Positions 38,700 to 53,753 of a stretch of 64,000 nucleotides of DNA are shown here, piece after piece. The position numbers and the translations under genes were made by a program. The stretch is taken from the NCBI GenBank assembly GCA_016748015.1, contig JAAOMT010000703.1, positions 1,238,255 through 1,302,254 on the forward strand, in the 5' to 3' direction. The DNA is from Geosiphon pyriformis uo1 (Eukaryota > Fungi > Glomeromycota). Numbering within the stretch: position 1 is the first letter of the stretch; the number at the start of each line of letters is the position of its first letter. The notes under the pieces were generated by a model. It searched no databases. It had not been told where the DNA came from and saw only the letters and a list, made by a program, of their open reading frames with translations.

Positions 38700-41600
38700 T
38701 TTTTTACTGGTATTAAAGCACTTTTTTTAAAAATAATATATTAAAGATAGTTTTAATAAAGTCTATTATCTTAAAAAACTTTAAGGCTTTTAATTTTAAG
38801 CCAATAGCCCAGTTTTTGTTTTTTTTGTTATTCTTTTTTTAACTGCTAAATGATAATTAATTGCTTGAATTGGTATTTGGTTTTGTCATTTAATATGTTA
38901 AATTTCAATTAATTTTTGCTGGTTTTAAAAGTTAAACGAATTATGTCTTTATATATAATTTTAAATAATTAATTTTAAAGATTAAATTGATTAAATAGAC
39001 ACTTAAATACTTTTTTTTCTTTGTATTTTAAAAATATCATTTTTGGTAATATTTAAAAAATATATACAATTATTAAAAATCTTCTAAATAAGTACTCTTT
39101 ATTTTAATATTTAATAAGATTACAAAGGCCAAATTGTTTTATATTAAAACTGCTTTTTAGTTTATATATAATATTTTTGGTTTGAAATTAACTATTAAGA
39201 ATAATATTAAGCTTTTTTGTATAAAGTTTATATTTTAAACATTTTTAAATACTATTATATAAATTAAGTTTATTGATTACTTTTTTTTTACTTTTAATAT
39301 TGTTAAATCTTTTGTGTTTTTTGTTTTTGATTTTGTTTCTATTATTATTGTTTTTTATAAAATTATTTATAATTATTATAAACAATATTAAAAGTACTAT
39401 AAATGTTTTTAGTAAAGTTTTTAATATTAAATTAAAGTTTGTTAACCAGTAATAATACAGCATTATAATTTTCAGATTATATATGGTTTCGATACTATTT
39501 TGGTTAATTAATTAGTTTTGTAAAAAAAAAAGTATTAAAATATATATTTTTTTATTAAAAACAGAAAATTGTTTTAAAAAATACTTTTAAGACTAAGTTA
39601 GTAAATTTGAGATTAACAAGCTAGTTTTTTAAGTATGTAGTTGTATTTGCTTTATTTTTTAATTTTCTAATTTTGTGATTAAAATATATTATTATTATTA
39701 TTAATTCTTATAAAGACCTATATATTGTTATTATTTAAACTATTACTTAAAAAAAATTATATTTGGTAAAAAACTTCTGATTGTTTTAAATATTAATTTT
39801 TAGATTATATAATTTTAAATTGTAAAATAATTTTACTTTTTTCTTTTAAACTTTGTTGAAATTTGTAATTGGTTCTAAAGTTTTTATAAATGATTTTTTA
39901 AAAGCTTTAAATGCTTAATATTAAATTAAATACAAATAAAATTGTTGTATAATTAGCTAGTTTAATTCTTGATAATAATAATTTAGTTGTAATTATGCAT
40001 AAAATAGCTGTATTAAATAAATTTGTTTTAGTAAATTTAATTTAGCTTAGCTTGAATTAGCTTGATTAATAAGTCATATATAAAAAACAGAGAAATTATG
40101 ATTATTTATAAAATTTTAAATTTTATATTATAATTATTAATTAGAATACGCTTTATTAAAACAATAAAAAATAAAAAAATATAATATAATTTCAATAATT
40201 TTTATTTTATTTTTATTTTAAAAAGTTAAACTATAAATTTGGTTTATGTTTTTATTACATATAACTAACTATTTAATCTAAGTTAATAATTAATTAATTA
40301 TTTTTTAAATTAAAGATATTTAATGTTTTAATTTTATTAGGTAGTTTTTAAATATCTGTTAATTATAAATATGCTTTTGTATTTATTTTTTTTGTTGCAT
40401 TTACATATTATATAATTTTTTATAACTAATTATAATTAAAAATTTATCTTTAAAATTACAAAAACTAATAATATTAAAATAAGTCTTTTTTTATTCCTAA
40501 ATTGTTTACAACTTTTAAGCAAAGTTTTAATTATTTTAAAGATATGTTTAATGTTAATTTTTAAAAAAATAAAATACTATTTCACATTTATAGCTGGATT
40601 TATTTGAACAACCACAAAGAAAATAATTAAGTTTACCGAAAAATTAAGCTTTATAACAATAAAATTAACTAATTTTGATAAAATTTACAATTTAGAGTTA
40701 AGCAGACATGTTTTAAACTCATATATTTTATTAGAAAAACTACAAAAAAAAATAAAAACCGCAGCTTTAACATAAAACACCAAACCAAAAAACTAAATTA
40801 ATAAAAACTTTAAATGCAACAAAAAACTTGAAAAAACTGTTCTAAAAAACCAAGAAAACAAATTTACAATTAGAAACCAAATAATTTAATCTTTAATATT
40901 TAGAAATTTTTCAACAAATATAATTTTTATATAAAATACTGGTTTTAATAACTGTTTTATTAAAACGGTTTTTAAACTTAAAAGTAATTATAACAAACTA
41001 TTAACAATAATTAGTATTAAAAACAAAAATTAAAATAAATTTGATTAATAGTTAAAAAACCAAATTACTAATTTCAAAAGCCATATAACCCAAAAATTAG
41101 GTTTAAATACATTTTAAGAAGCAATAATCTCTTTTTAATTAAGAAAAAATTCTAATAATATTTTTTATTATTAAAACTAATTAACAAGCAAAAACAGTTT
41201 TAATAATAACCATAATAAGTTTTGCAAAAGAACACTTATTTAAAACAGCCATCTTTTGGAAAGAACTTAAATTGTCAAATAATATACTGTTACAAATATG
41301 CAGACTTTAGCTTAATTTTTAAAAATATTTAAAGCATTTATAATTTTGTTAAAAAAACATTCAACAAGATATTATATAAAGCCACAGCGGCAAGAGCAAA
41401 AACAAAAACAAATATTAAAAAAGATTTTACAATTTTAAAATAAAAAAAATTAGCAAGTATAATTTGAACAGGAGTATTCAAAAAGACTTAAAATACAAAT
41501 TTTATTCAAAAAAGTTTAATATTGTCTTTAATAACCAACTTTAAATTAATAAAATTATACAGAAACTAGAAAACAATTTTAACAAAAGCCAATATAAAAT

Positions 41601-41750
41601 TTGCATTTTTACAAAACATTATAATAGAGACTATTTAGACAAAAATTTTGATAATTTATAATTGTTTTTCAAATACCACCAAAACCAAATATATTTTAAA
41701 AAACAAAAAAAGAGTGCTTCAGTTTTTATTTTTTTTAGTCTAATCTTTGA
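38700..41750. mobile_element. Heavily decayed repeat relics, two copies of one family in opposite orientation (about 39100-39450 minus, 41300-41650 plus)
   Basis: Collinear similarity, e.g. caaaaaag(c/t)ttaatatt(a/g)t(t/c)(c/t)ttaata...aaacta(a/g)aaa(g/a)ca. No ORF, and CpG is nearly absent. Family not identifiable. Confidence 0.5.
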
Positions 41751-44700
41751 AATCAGATAACTTAATGTAATAATTAAATTATATAAAAGTAACTTATTTT
41801 GTTTTAAAAATGTTAATAATCAATTAAAATTCAACTTATCAAGCAATTTACTTATGTGCTTTAAGCACTTTTTCATTGTTCTTTATAATTAAGATTAGAG
41901 TGTAAATTGAATTGAATTAAAATAAAGATGGCTATTAAGTTAAATAAACAAATTAATATTTTTTATTAGCTTTTCGCAATTCTTTTACATGTTTTTCTCA
42001 TTAATTAAATATTAAACTCCTTGTTTCCGAATTTTCATCATGGTCAGCATTAGAGGCAATTCGATATATTGGTATTTCAACACTTTTCAATAAGCCTACT
42101 AATACAAAGTAAAATGGGAAAATTTACCATCTAGAATAATAAATAATCATGAAAGGATGACTTTCTTGTTTTCAATTCGCCTAATAACATTTTTAAGATA
42201 AAAATTTAAATTTAAACTCTAATTAGTGATAAAAAGACCAAATTTAAATAAAATTTGAGGTATTAATAATTTAAAATTTTATAAAGAATCAATCTATAAA
42301 AGCTAAATCATAATTTGAATATCTAATATTTAACATTCTTTCAAATTAAAATAATAGATATATTTATTAATTGTAAAACAATATTAAAAAAGGAAAAAAA
42401 TAGCAAATGCAAAATCAGTCAAATAAGAATATTTGAAAATAATTAATAGATCATTTTGAAATTTTTGATTAATTAATAAACAATATTGAAATTAGGTTTT
42501 TACAATATATAAAACACATGTACTTTGTTTTTTCTGTTATAAGATTTTAATTTTCAATTTTTTTAGAAATTATATTTTTTCAAAGTTTTCAATTAAAAAA
42601 GTTATTTAAAAAAATTATACTGTAAAATGTTATTCATATTATTAAATTTTATTAAATTTATAATTAAATAAAAAAACAAGTTTTATTTTATTTTAAAAAA
42701 TATTACGAATTATTAAATCAAACTATTATTTTCTTTTAAACATAAATATTTTAGTTTATTTTATTTTGACAAATTAAATATATTCAAAAGCGAAATTAGC
42801 CTAATCAATTTGATAAAAAAGATATTCGCATATTTAAAATTAAACAAAAATAAAAAACAACTATCTGTTTTTAGTTTTAAACAAACTATTATAACAAAAA
42901 ATTATTATTTCAACAAAAATGCTTATAAATCAAAAATATTTATTTTTAAAAATAAACTTTTTTAATATTTAGTAAGTCTAACATAATTATAGAACTGTGT
43001 TATTTTTTATTGCCAATTATAAAATATATCTTTTTTATTAAATTTTTTCAAAAATATTAACAATTTGGATTTTTAAACTATTAATTATATGAATACTTTT
43101 AAAAATATTTTTGATTTTGTTTGTAAAATAATTTATTTTCCTTTAATATTATTTATTTATTTTTAAATTTTCCATTTTTATGTTTAAATTTTTTTATTGC
43201 TGTTTGTGTAAACAAGCTATTAACAGCTTAAAATATGATTTAAAATTTAAAATAGAGATTTTGGGTAATAATTATTTTATTTAAAATATTTATATAAATC
43301 GTGATATTTTTAAGTAATTCTTTAATGTTTTCAACCAATTTTGATAAAAAATAAAAGTGTTGTTACTCAAAATATTCAAAAAATGCTTATAAAAAATTAA
43401 ATAGTTTTAAAACCATTTATTTGTTATTTCTTAAAAAAATTACTTTAAAAGTTTTGGCTTTACTCTATTTATAAATTTAATTTCAATTTATTTTAATTTT
43501 TTTTATGGTAATTATATATAGTTTTTTTGGTTTCTTGTGAACTGTTTTCTGAATTAAAATGCCTTTTTTAAAAGTAAATCACAATTAGTGCTAAAATTTT
43601 CTAATTTTTTCGATTAAAAAATAGCTTGTAATAAACTTTTATTGTATATAAAATTTTTAACTAAAATTTTATTCAAAAATCTGTTAATAAAATATTAATT
43701 TTTATAAATAAAAATTATGGTTGTATTTGACCCTATTTACAAACAAGTAGATCTAGCAATTTAATACCATATATTATTTTAATTTTTATTATAGAACTTT
43801 TATCTTTTATCAAAAGAAAAAAAAGAATTCAGAATATCTGCCAACTGTTTTTTAATAGTTTTATTAAAGCTAAAAAATTCAAAAAAGTTGAATCCCAAAA
43901 ATAAAAATAGATTAAATCTTAAATGTTTGTAATTTTTGCAAAAATAATAAAACTTCTTTGAAATTTTGTTGATATTTGAGTTTTTAATATCAAAATATTC
44001 AGTCTTTTTGACTTCAAAATTGAAGTATAGCAAACAAGTGTAAGTTAATATTTTTACTTAGATGAAATAAATGAATATTATTAATTAGTCTTAAAAAATT
44101 ATAATATTTGCCTCTAATTAATTACAATTGAAAATTACTGTATATTATTTACAATACTTTTTTAAGTAATTTTTGTTGTTAAAACTGTATATAATAGAAG
44201 TAAAATATGTAAATAATATTTTAATTTGTCAAAAATTTTCTATAAAACGATTAAGTATAACTTCTTGAATGTTTAATCAATTCAAGAATTTTACCACCGG
44301 AATTTTAAATATATAATTGAAAATACTACTTTTGTTAAAAAAAAATATCGAATTATTATACTGCCATACATATTGTAATATGTAATTCAACAAGATTAAA
44401 AACAACTTTACTTGAAATAAAATTTTTAACAAGTAATAACAAAAAAACAATATTAAACAGCTTATATTACTTTGTACAAAAATAATTCTTTTTTTAAGGA
44501 AGCTTTATACTCAATATTAATATAAATTTTGTGTAAAAAGAGATGATCAATTATTAATAATCTTTTAAACAAGCATTATTGTATTAATTAACAATTTTTA
44601 AAGTATTATTTATTGTAAGTTTAATAAAAAGATAAAACAATTTTACTAGCATATTATTTTTTACATTTAAATTAAAAATTTTGATAAGTGCATTTAGAAA

Positions 44701-44858
44701 AATACAAAATATTATTTTACTTATGTGTTTTTATATTATTAATAAAAACAAAAAATCTTGATATAAGAGCTTTTTATTATTTTTTTAACAGTTTTCAACT
44801 TTTAATAATTATTTATCTATGATTTATTACATATATTAGCCATCTTATTTTTAGATTT

Positions 44859-44925
44859 AATTATTAATATAATTATTAAATTAATTATTAATCTGATTAT
44901 TAAATTAATTATTAATCTGATTATG
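44859..44925. repeat. 24-bp tandem repeat, about 3 copies
   Basis: aattattaatctgattattaaatt units. Confidence 0.7.
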
Positions 44926-45822
44926 AATTTGCTTATTTGTTTTTTTGAAAGATATATAAACAACACTCTATAAAACTGTAAAAACAATATTAGTTATATA
45001 TTTGCTGAAATCAATTATTTGAACACAATAATTCAAATTTCTTCCTATATTTTTTAATCTAAAAGAGCATAATTTTTTTTTTAATTTGAATTTGTGTTAA
45101 GCTTTTGAAAAATGTAATTAAATAAATAATTACTGAAAATACAAACAATATCTGTTACCAAATTTTAAAAGCACTAATTAAGACATAAAATTATATTAAT
45201 TATGTTATCTTTTGTTAACAATACAGATGATTTTTTTATTTTTTAAACTCTTTTGAAATATAATGACTGAGATATTTATAAAACAATTTTACATATTCAA
45301 TTTATACATATTTAATCTATTTTTTTATTGAAATTTCTTTTTAATTATTTTTTTATCATATAATACTTGTTTTTTGCTATTAATTAATATGCTCCAATTT
45401 GTGAAGTTTTTAAATTTTAATTCATTCACTATTGTATGAATAATTACTTTTTTTTGCCAAATTTGCATTATTGTTATAAACTTAATCATATCTACAAAAT
45501 GTAAACAAAAATGCAATACTTTTTCTAAATTTTGTAGAAGTAGAATCTCACCAGATTTAAATAAAATTTTATATTTCAATTATGTTTTTAATTTTGCATT
45601 ATTTATTTGTGAAATTTCGATTATTTTATTGTGAGATTAAATTTGTGATAAAGATTTAAAATTTTGTATTAGATTTCAAATTTAAAATAAGGAACTTATA
45701 TGAGATCATCTGTCGATCACTTTTTACATGTAGTATAAAAGTCAGTGCTGATTTGATTTTGTGAAAAATATACACTGCAGATTGAAATATTAATATTTCA
45801 AAGCTTTTTAGATATTTTACAA

Positions 45823-47320
45823 ATGTCGTCCCAACAACACTTTCACTCTTTATCCAATGATTTTGGGAATCTATTTGACAGTCAAAAGTTCTCTGATGTT
45901 AGAATTATAGTTGGCGAAGCGCCTAATATTAGAACTTTTCACGCTCATTCGCAAATTTTAGCAGCAAGATCACCCTATTTTGCTGTAGCACTCTCTAATA
46001 ATTGGATTAAAAGGGAAAATAATACTATTATCTTCGCTAAACCTAATATCTCCTAATATTTTTGAGATAATTCTCAGGTAAGGGTTTTCATTTGCTTTAA
46101 AGTATTTTGGGCAACATAAATTCATATGTTTTATTTTCCTGCACAGATATATTTATAATGGCGAGATTTCTCTTGATAAACATGGAGTAACTACCATTTT
46201 AGAATTGCTCGTTATCGCTGACGAGCTTATTCTAGAAAACTTTATTGATCCCCTTGAAGAATATTTGATTGAACACCATGCAAAAGAGCTAGAAGAAAAT
46301 TTCGCCACTTTGCAGACAACTTCATTTATGCATGATTCTTTCAAAAAGTTACAAAATTTCTGCGCCGAAATAGCTGCTAAAAATCCAGCTATAGTCTTCA
46401 ACTCACAAGATTTTATCTCCCTTAATGAAAATGCACTTTCCTCAATTTTAACCCGAGATGACCTAAATATAGAAGAATCTGAAATATGGGAAAAGATTGT
46501 GGAATGGGGAGTTGCTAAATTGGATAACAATATTCAGATGAAAAACGTTTTTAACTGGACAGATGAAAACTTTAACGCCTTTAAGGAATCTATTGAAAGA
46601 CTTTTACCTTTAATCCGCTTCTTTAACATATCTTCAGTTGACTTCTATCACAAAGTAAAACCATTTGCGAGAATTTTACCTGGAACTTTATATGAAGATC
46701 TTTTACATCATTATCTCGTACCGGGTAGCCATCAAAAGTCCATAGACGCTCAGCCAATGCGTTTTTCTCGATCAAATATTGATTCAAAACTTCTTCGATC
46801 GCATAATATAAGACAGCTTGATCATTGGATTCAAGGCAAAGATGAAAATACTCCTTTTGAAAATCAACTTGGAAATGATTTCCAATTGTTACTTCGAGGC
46901 AGTCGAGACGGATTCACTCCAGCCGATTTTCATCGATTATGCGATAATAAAGGAGCCACAGTAAGCGTAATAAAAGTGAAAGGAACTGGTCAGCTAATTG
47001 GCGGCTATAACCCACAATCTTGGCACTCTATGAATAAATGGTTGGAGGGAATAAGAAGTTTTATTTTTTCCCTTGGAGATGGCAAAGCTGGAAATGCTAA
47101 ACTTAGCAAATTTGTTGGAAAGTATGGACCTTATGATGGGCTAAATAACGGACCCCAATTTAGTTTTGATATTCGTGTGTGTAGCAAAGATTTCAAAAAT
47201 AGTCCAGAGTGCTATTGTCAAAAGACAGATTATGAGCATGCTATAATGCCTGGATCAGAAAAGGGACGGGTGAATTTCCTTTTCGAGGAGTATGAAGTTT
47301 TTCAAATTATAAAAAGATAA
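45823..47320 (+). pseudogene. BTB/POZ-BACK-TLDc protein with a 2-nt frameshift in exon 1 (pseudogene or assembly error)
   Basis: BTB: FSDVRIIVG...FHAHSQILAARSPYF. Intron 46078-46146, then YIYNG...ADEL. BACK: LTRDDLNIEESEIWEKIVEWG. TLDc: FQLLLRGSRDGF...FHRLCDNKGAT...IGGYNP...EEYEVF. The sequence atctcctaat at about 46048-46057 lacks 2 nt of the expected PNISPNIFEIILR. Confidence 0.88.
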
Positions 47321-47576
47321 ATATGTTATTATCTAATTTGATCATACATATTGTGAAGACTGCACTGGCAGAATATTATATAGCTACTATTTAAACCCCA
47401 CAATAAAGTTAAAAAAATATTTTAACATCAAAAAACCTTTAGAACTTATAATAAAAGTAATCTCTAAAGTTTAGGTCTTTATTTCAGGCTAAAACCATAA
47501 AACGCTTGTTAGCTGAATGGAATTAGAAATACAACTTTAAAATTATAATTTTAGATATTTTTTTTTACTAGAAATA

Positions 47577-48849
47577 CACTGGTAAGAAAAAAATTGGAAA
47601 AATATGAATCTACTAAGATTGCGTTTGGTTTAACCATTTTTGGTAAGTTTTGTGACGATAAAAATAGAAACAGAATATTAGGTAAGTGGCTGAGCTCTAA
47701 AAACATTTTCTTGCGTATTAACTAATATATTTTTTTAAAACTTGTCTTTGAAATGCTGACTTCAAAGCAAGAAACACAACGGCAAGTCGTATTACATTTT
47801 TGGAAACAAGGAATATGAAAGGCGAAAGAAATACAGAATAAAATGAATATACCCCTTTCTACAATCTATAATATCCTCGAAAAATTCAAAAAAAAGGAAC
47901 AATAAAGCATGCGAATGGTAATGGTCAGCCAAAAAAGATTACGGGAAATTCTTCGAAAGTATTAGGGCAGAATATTCATAAAGATTCCTTAGTTTTGTCT
48001 AGATATTTAGCAATAAAGCTGGCTAAGAAGGGAATAAATGTTTCTCATGTTACAATTCAAAACCATTTATCCAACCTTAATTATAAAAAAAGTCTTCCTA
48101 GAGCAATTCCAATGCTGACCAAAGAACATAAGCAAAAATGTGTAGAATGGGCCAAAAAACACATGAACGATGATTGGAAAAGAACAGTTTTTACTGACGA
48201 AACATCTTTTCAACTTTTTCAAAACATGGTAAAGTGTTGGCATAAAAGGTACTCGACCAATTTGTCCTATGCCTAAAGATCGAACAAAAATTCTTGCGTG
48301 GGAGGGTTTCTACGAAAAAGGAAAGATTATTCTGTTTTGTTCAAATAATAAATGCTCAATTTTATATAAATATTCTTCGTAACCACTTACCTGAAATTAG
48401 AGCAATGCTGGGGGATAATTGGCGATTCCAACAAGATAATGACCCCAAGCATACTAGCAAGCTTGCCAAAGAGTTTATTGCTGAGAATACAACTGATTTG
48501 TTGGGGTGGCCATCTAATAGGCCCGACTTAAACCCAATAAAAAACCTTTGGGCTATTGTTAAAAAGAATGTAGAAAAAAGAATGCCTCAAAATCATAGTG
48601 AATTAGAGAGATTTATGGGGCAAGAGTGGCAAAATATTCTTGAATCTACCTTAATTGGGTTAGTAGGATCAATGAGGCGGCGTTGTGAAATGATAATTGA
48701 GACAAATGGTGAAAGAATTTTCTATTAATTTTTTTTAATAAAATTATATGGTATTTGACTTTCTAATAAAAGTTGTTTTATGTAATTTGATATATTGGTT
48801 AAGACATAGTAATTATTTTTATATTTCCAATTATTTTCTTACCAGACTG
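47577..48849 (+). mobile_element. Complete but inactive Tc1/mariner DNA transposon (about 1.27 kb)
   Basis: Imperfect TIRs CA(GT)CTGGTAAGAAAA(A/T)AATTGGAAA at both ends, with TA on each flank (47575-76, 48850-51). Contains a transposase. Confidence 0.92.
47753..48728 (+). pseudogene. Tc1-family DD34E transposase, disrupted
   Basis: HTH region NIPLSTIYNIL; catalytic motifs VFTDETSF, FQQDNDPKH and PDLNPIKNLW (34-residue spacing, catalytic E is now K). In-frame TGA at about 47816, plus frameshifts. Confidence 0.92.
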
Positions 48850-49549
48850 TAAAATAAAAATATATACTTTTATAAATGTCTAATGAGGACGTCAAGATTT
48901 TCAATTAAAAAGATGCCTTCAGCTCCGAGACACTAACTTTTTAATAAATAGATTCTTCTAATTAATATTTTAAAAATTGAGATATTTCTCAGTAAGCTCG
49001 AAATACCTAGTTTTTTTTATTTAACCTTATATTTTCCACTGTTCCCTTTAGAATTTTCAGTTTGCATTTGAAAAAGATTTTTTTGATTCAAGCTTAATAA
49101 AAAATGAATAATGTATTTTTGATATTTTTTAATTAATTTATTAATAAGTCAAAAATGCGATTAAATGCTTTTGGAATTTATATTCATTGTTTAAAATAAT
49201 ACAAATGTTTATACCTGAAATTCAATTCTTTATTTTAATCTTCTAAAACAAATTTTAAAGATACTTTAATGTTTAAAAGTATATAATTTAATTTTATATA
49301 ATAACATATGTTAAGCATAAACATAAAAATATAAGTCAGTTAGTAAAAAAAGTTCAAAATTAAAAAAGTTTTGATTTGATTATTGAGATTTTTTAACAAG
49401 CTTTATATAACAAAAAGATCCTCATTACAACTATAAAATTGTAGATTTAATAAACAATTTAATTAGAGAAAAACACGCAAATCAAATATTATTTATTATT
49501 AAAAATATGATATATTATATGTTTATTCAATATTAAAATCAAAAAAACA

Positions 49550-52500
49550 GTCCTTTTATTTTTTTTACCAATACTGTTACCAAATCTTTTAGAATATTAA
49601 ATAATAATATTTTTTTGGTATTTTTTAAAACACTTTGTTGTATTAGAATTTATTGTTTTTTCTGAAAAATAAAAATTTGGTTGGTATTTTAGTACTAATT
49701 ATAATTCTTAAGTTTATTTTGGCATTAAATTGGTAATATATTAAAATTTGGCTATATTGTTTAATAAGAATTATTCTAATCAATTATTTTTAATTATAAA
49801 AACAAAACAAATTATATCAAATAAGCAGTCTTTTTTTAGTGGCTGGTGTTTTTTAAATGAAAATAACTTATATAAAGATTGCTTTTTAGCTTTTACACAG
49901 TTTTATTGATATTAGATTGGCTATTAAAAACAATATTAGGCTTTTTTATTTGATGTTTGTATTTAAATACTACTACTAAAATAAAACTTGCTAAATTTTT
50001 TACTAATTTTTAAGATTGTAAAATGTACTGTAGTTTCTGCTTCGGCTGCTATTGTATTTTATAATATTTTATAATATTTTTTTTAATAATATTAAAAATG
50101 CTTTTGGAATATTTAATAAAATTTTTGTTATTAAATTAAAAGTTTGTTAAATTGTTATAATTTAAAAAAACCAGAATATAACTAAGTATTTTGTTTTAAA
50201 AAACTAAAATATATATTATTTTATATGTAGAATAAGTAAGCTAAAGTTATTTTTGGTTTATAATACAGCATAATGTCAGCTTAATATAAGTCTAAATGGC
50301 TGATTATGTATTAATACTGCATAATTTATATTTATAGTTGGTTTTTATAACTAAATAAATAGTAAAAGAATCTTATTTTGTTAAAAGCATTTATTTCACA
50401 TAAATTAAAATCATTTTAAACTAAGTCATTGGCTTTTCTGAATAGCATTATTATTATTTTTAAAAGATAAGTATCAATAACTAAAATTTTTAAATATGTT
50501 TAAAAAGATTAAATCTTATAAAGTTATAAATTAAAAAAACTTATTTGTTGTTTTTTTAGTATTTTTTATACTAAAATATAAATACAAATTGTTAATAACA
50601 CTGCAGCTTCTTTCAAAATTTCTTTGATTGTACAAAAAATACAGTTTTTTAATGATATTAATTAATAAATTTAAGCTTTTTATATAACCAAATTAGAACA
50701 TAGTTTGGTCGAATTAATAAATAAAAAAATTAACAGACTAACAAATATTTTGCTATTAAAAAATTATTAAAATTCAAATTTTTTTGCAATAATACTAATT
50801 CAAGTTTAGTTATAATATAATAATAAATATAAATTTACTTAAGAAGTAAAAAATAAAAAAGTATTAAAAATACCAGTTTGATTTTTGAATAAAATAAAAA
50901 ACATTCAAGACTTAGTTATTATGAAATTAATAATATCTTAATTTTATAATTTACTTAATATAAAAATTGCTATGAATAATGCCAGAAAAATAAAAAATTT
51001 TGGCAAGCAAAATAGCATCATAAAATGATACATGAAAAATATTCACATAATTTTTATTATTATAAAACTAAGTTGAAAAAATTCATAAGTTTTAAGATAT
51101 TAAATTTTTACATACAAAAATAAAAGCTTCATAAATTCAAAGGTAGCAATTATTATTAAAAAACATGTTAATAAAGTTAAAAAATTTTAAAAATCTTTTG
51201 GAAATTTGTTTGTTGTTTAAAAATAACATTAATATAATAATATTGAATATATATATTAATTGTATTAGTTGGCGATTGGATTTTAATTATTTAATTATCT
51301 ATTTTTAAATGTGTATTACTATTAATTAATAGTGTCAAACGAAATTAGCATTGATCTACAAGTTACATGCAATATCCCAAATTCTTTAAGTCGATAAAAT
51401 TTATATAGTTTCATTAAACTTTGGTAAAAGTTCTGTAAAATGTATCTAATTCAAAAGTACTATTATATAAATTTGTATTAAAAAAAGCTTTTCTTTTCTA
51501 AGAAAAATATCTTAGTTACAATTCAATTTTAAAATAATTAATATTCTGAAATAACCTTTTTAAAATGTAATTTTTTTAATTTTCTAATTATTCTAATAAA
51601 ATAATTAACACTGAACCAATTATTTCTTTCTTTGCTTAAAATTTTTATTGTATGTTAAATTGTAATAATTCTAAAATTCAAAATTAATTGTCAATTAATC
51701 TTTATAAAATAATCTTCAATTTAAACTGAAATTCAAAAATTCAAAATAGCAAATCATAAAACTAGTTTGAAATTAATATTAGAAAAACACATTTTAAATT
51801 GATTAAATTCATTTTTCTTCTTTTATTATGATTATAAATAATCTAAACTTGTTATAACTCTTTTAAAGATAACTTTAATACAAAAAATTAAAAATATTTT
51901 GCCTTCTAATTAGCAATGAAAATTACTGTTACCAAATTCATACACACCTATTTTAAATAGCTTACAAACTATATTTCTGTAAAATTTACTTTATTTGAAG
52001 TACAACTAGAATTGGGAATTTTTATGATTTCAACATTTATAATAAAAAATTAAAGGTAAAAAAATTTCTTTTGTTAAGCATTATTGATAATTTAATACTT
52101 TTAAAAAATTATTTTAAACAATAACAATAAAAACATATTGGTTTAAATTGGTTTTAAATGAATTATCTACTATATTGGTTTCTGATTGATTTTTATTAGT
52201 TTTAAAAACAAAAAAAATTGTTTTTTTATATAACTTTAATTAGTCAATCTATTATATTACCTATCTTAAGAATTAGACTAATTAAATAGAAATTAAAGCT
52301 ATTTTTTTCTGTTTTTTGATAATATTATTTTTGGTAGTATTTGGAAAATAATTGTTTATTATTAATAATTTTCTAAATAGTAATTTTTATTTTAGTATTT
52401 AATATATTTTTTAAGATTAATTTAGCTTATGTTAAGACTGTTTTCTAGTCTGTATATGATTTTATTAATGTGAAATCTGTTTTTAAGAACAATATTAAAA

Positions 52501-52600
52501 AGCATAAATTGTATTTAATTGAAACATTTATATAATAAAATGCAATAAAAAAAATAAGAATATTTTTTTAAAAATATTATATCAAATTTTTTTTTAAAAA
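49550..52600 (-). mobile_element. Decayed repeat relics, including further copies (about 49850-50160 and 52330-52530) of the family at 39-41.7 kb
   Basis: Reverse complements contain aaaagcctaatattgtttttaatagccaatctaatatcaataaaactg and ttaatattgttcttaaaaacagatttcacattaataaaatcatatacagactagaaaacagtc, matching 41510-41580. Confidence 0.5.
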
Positions 52601-53753
52601 TTAAATGGCAATTATTTTTTGATTATTTTATAAAATAGATCTAAAAAAAGAATTTGTTTCTAATTTCTATAATGATTTTTATTTAAGTTTTTATGTAAAT
52701 AATAAATTATTTAATGTTTTTGAATCAGCTTAATACATTTAAGATGCTTTTATCACAGATCTCAAAACTATTCATTTAGGCAAAAAGTATTTAATTAATA
52801 GCTTATTTATATTTCATTATTTTTTTGTGTTTCTTAGTTGAATTATTTTATCATCTTTAAGCAAAATTTTTTTAAATAAACAAAAATAAAATATTTTAAG
52901 AAATGGGCTTAAACTAAAATTTTGAAAGTTGAAATAAGAAAAACAGAAAAAATAAATAAAATTAAATTTATATGTCATTATTAAATATATTAAGTCTTCA
53001 AACAGAAAAAACTACATTTATAAAACACAATAATTAAAAGAAAAGCTAATCCAATAACTATTAAATTACTATCAATTAAATAAATTATTGACTTTTAACA
53101 TTAAGAATATTTCTGTGGCTTAAAAACAAATAAAAAAAATTTAAAATGGATTTAACATGGAAAAAAGTATTTTTCTTGGGTATGAATAGTGTGTTAATCT
53201 AATCTTGCATATTTAACAAACAAATAATTAATTTAGTTTAGCTTTTAGTTTGAAAATTCCCATGCTATAAAGCCTAAATTCACAAGTTTTAAATTAATAC
53301 CAGTAATAATCCTTATGACAGATCATCAATCGATCAATTGCAAGAGATCAATATTTGTTATTTGTTATTTGTTATTTCACTAACTAGGTAGAGATTGAGT
53401 TAGATATTAATGATCTTTTAAAAAGTCGACTTTAATTAAAGATTTACTTAAAGTCGTTAAGTGATTGGATATATTTGATACTTATTTACTTATTTAGTTA
53501 AATTTTGATTTATGAATTTCTATATCAAAAGATCAATTAATTAAATTAAATAATCTAAAATATTTTTCTCGCATTACCCCTCCCCCTTTAAGTTTTACAT
53601 CGTAATTTAACGATTATTATTTCTTTATTATAAGAAGACTTTCAGATTTGGAAAATTTATAAATTTATAAAGACTATGAACCATCACCTCCTTTGATTTA
53701 CCTCATCGATTTTCTATTTTGTATATGAAACTCCTTGAATCAACATGAATAGA

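Noticed and set aside
3011-45579. Isolated short AT-rich ORFs (3011, 3680, 12347, 30025, 30883, 32360, 32376, 37533, 39245, 43800, 45325)
   Set aside because: F/I/K/N/L-biased composition, often non-ATG starts, no motifs or paralog support.
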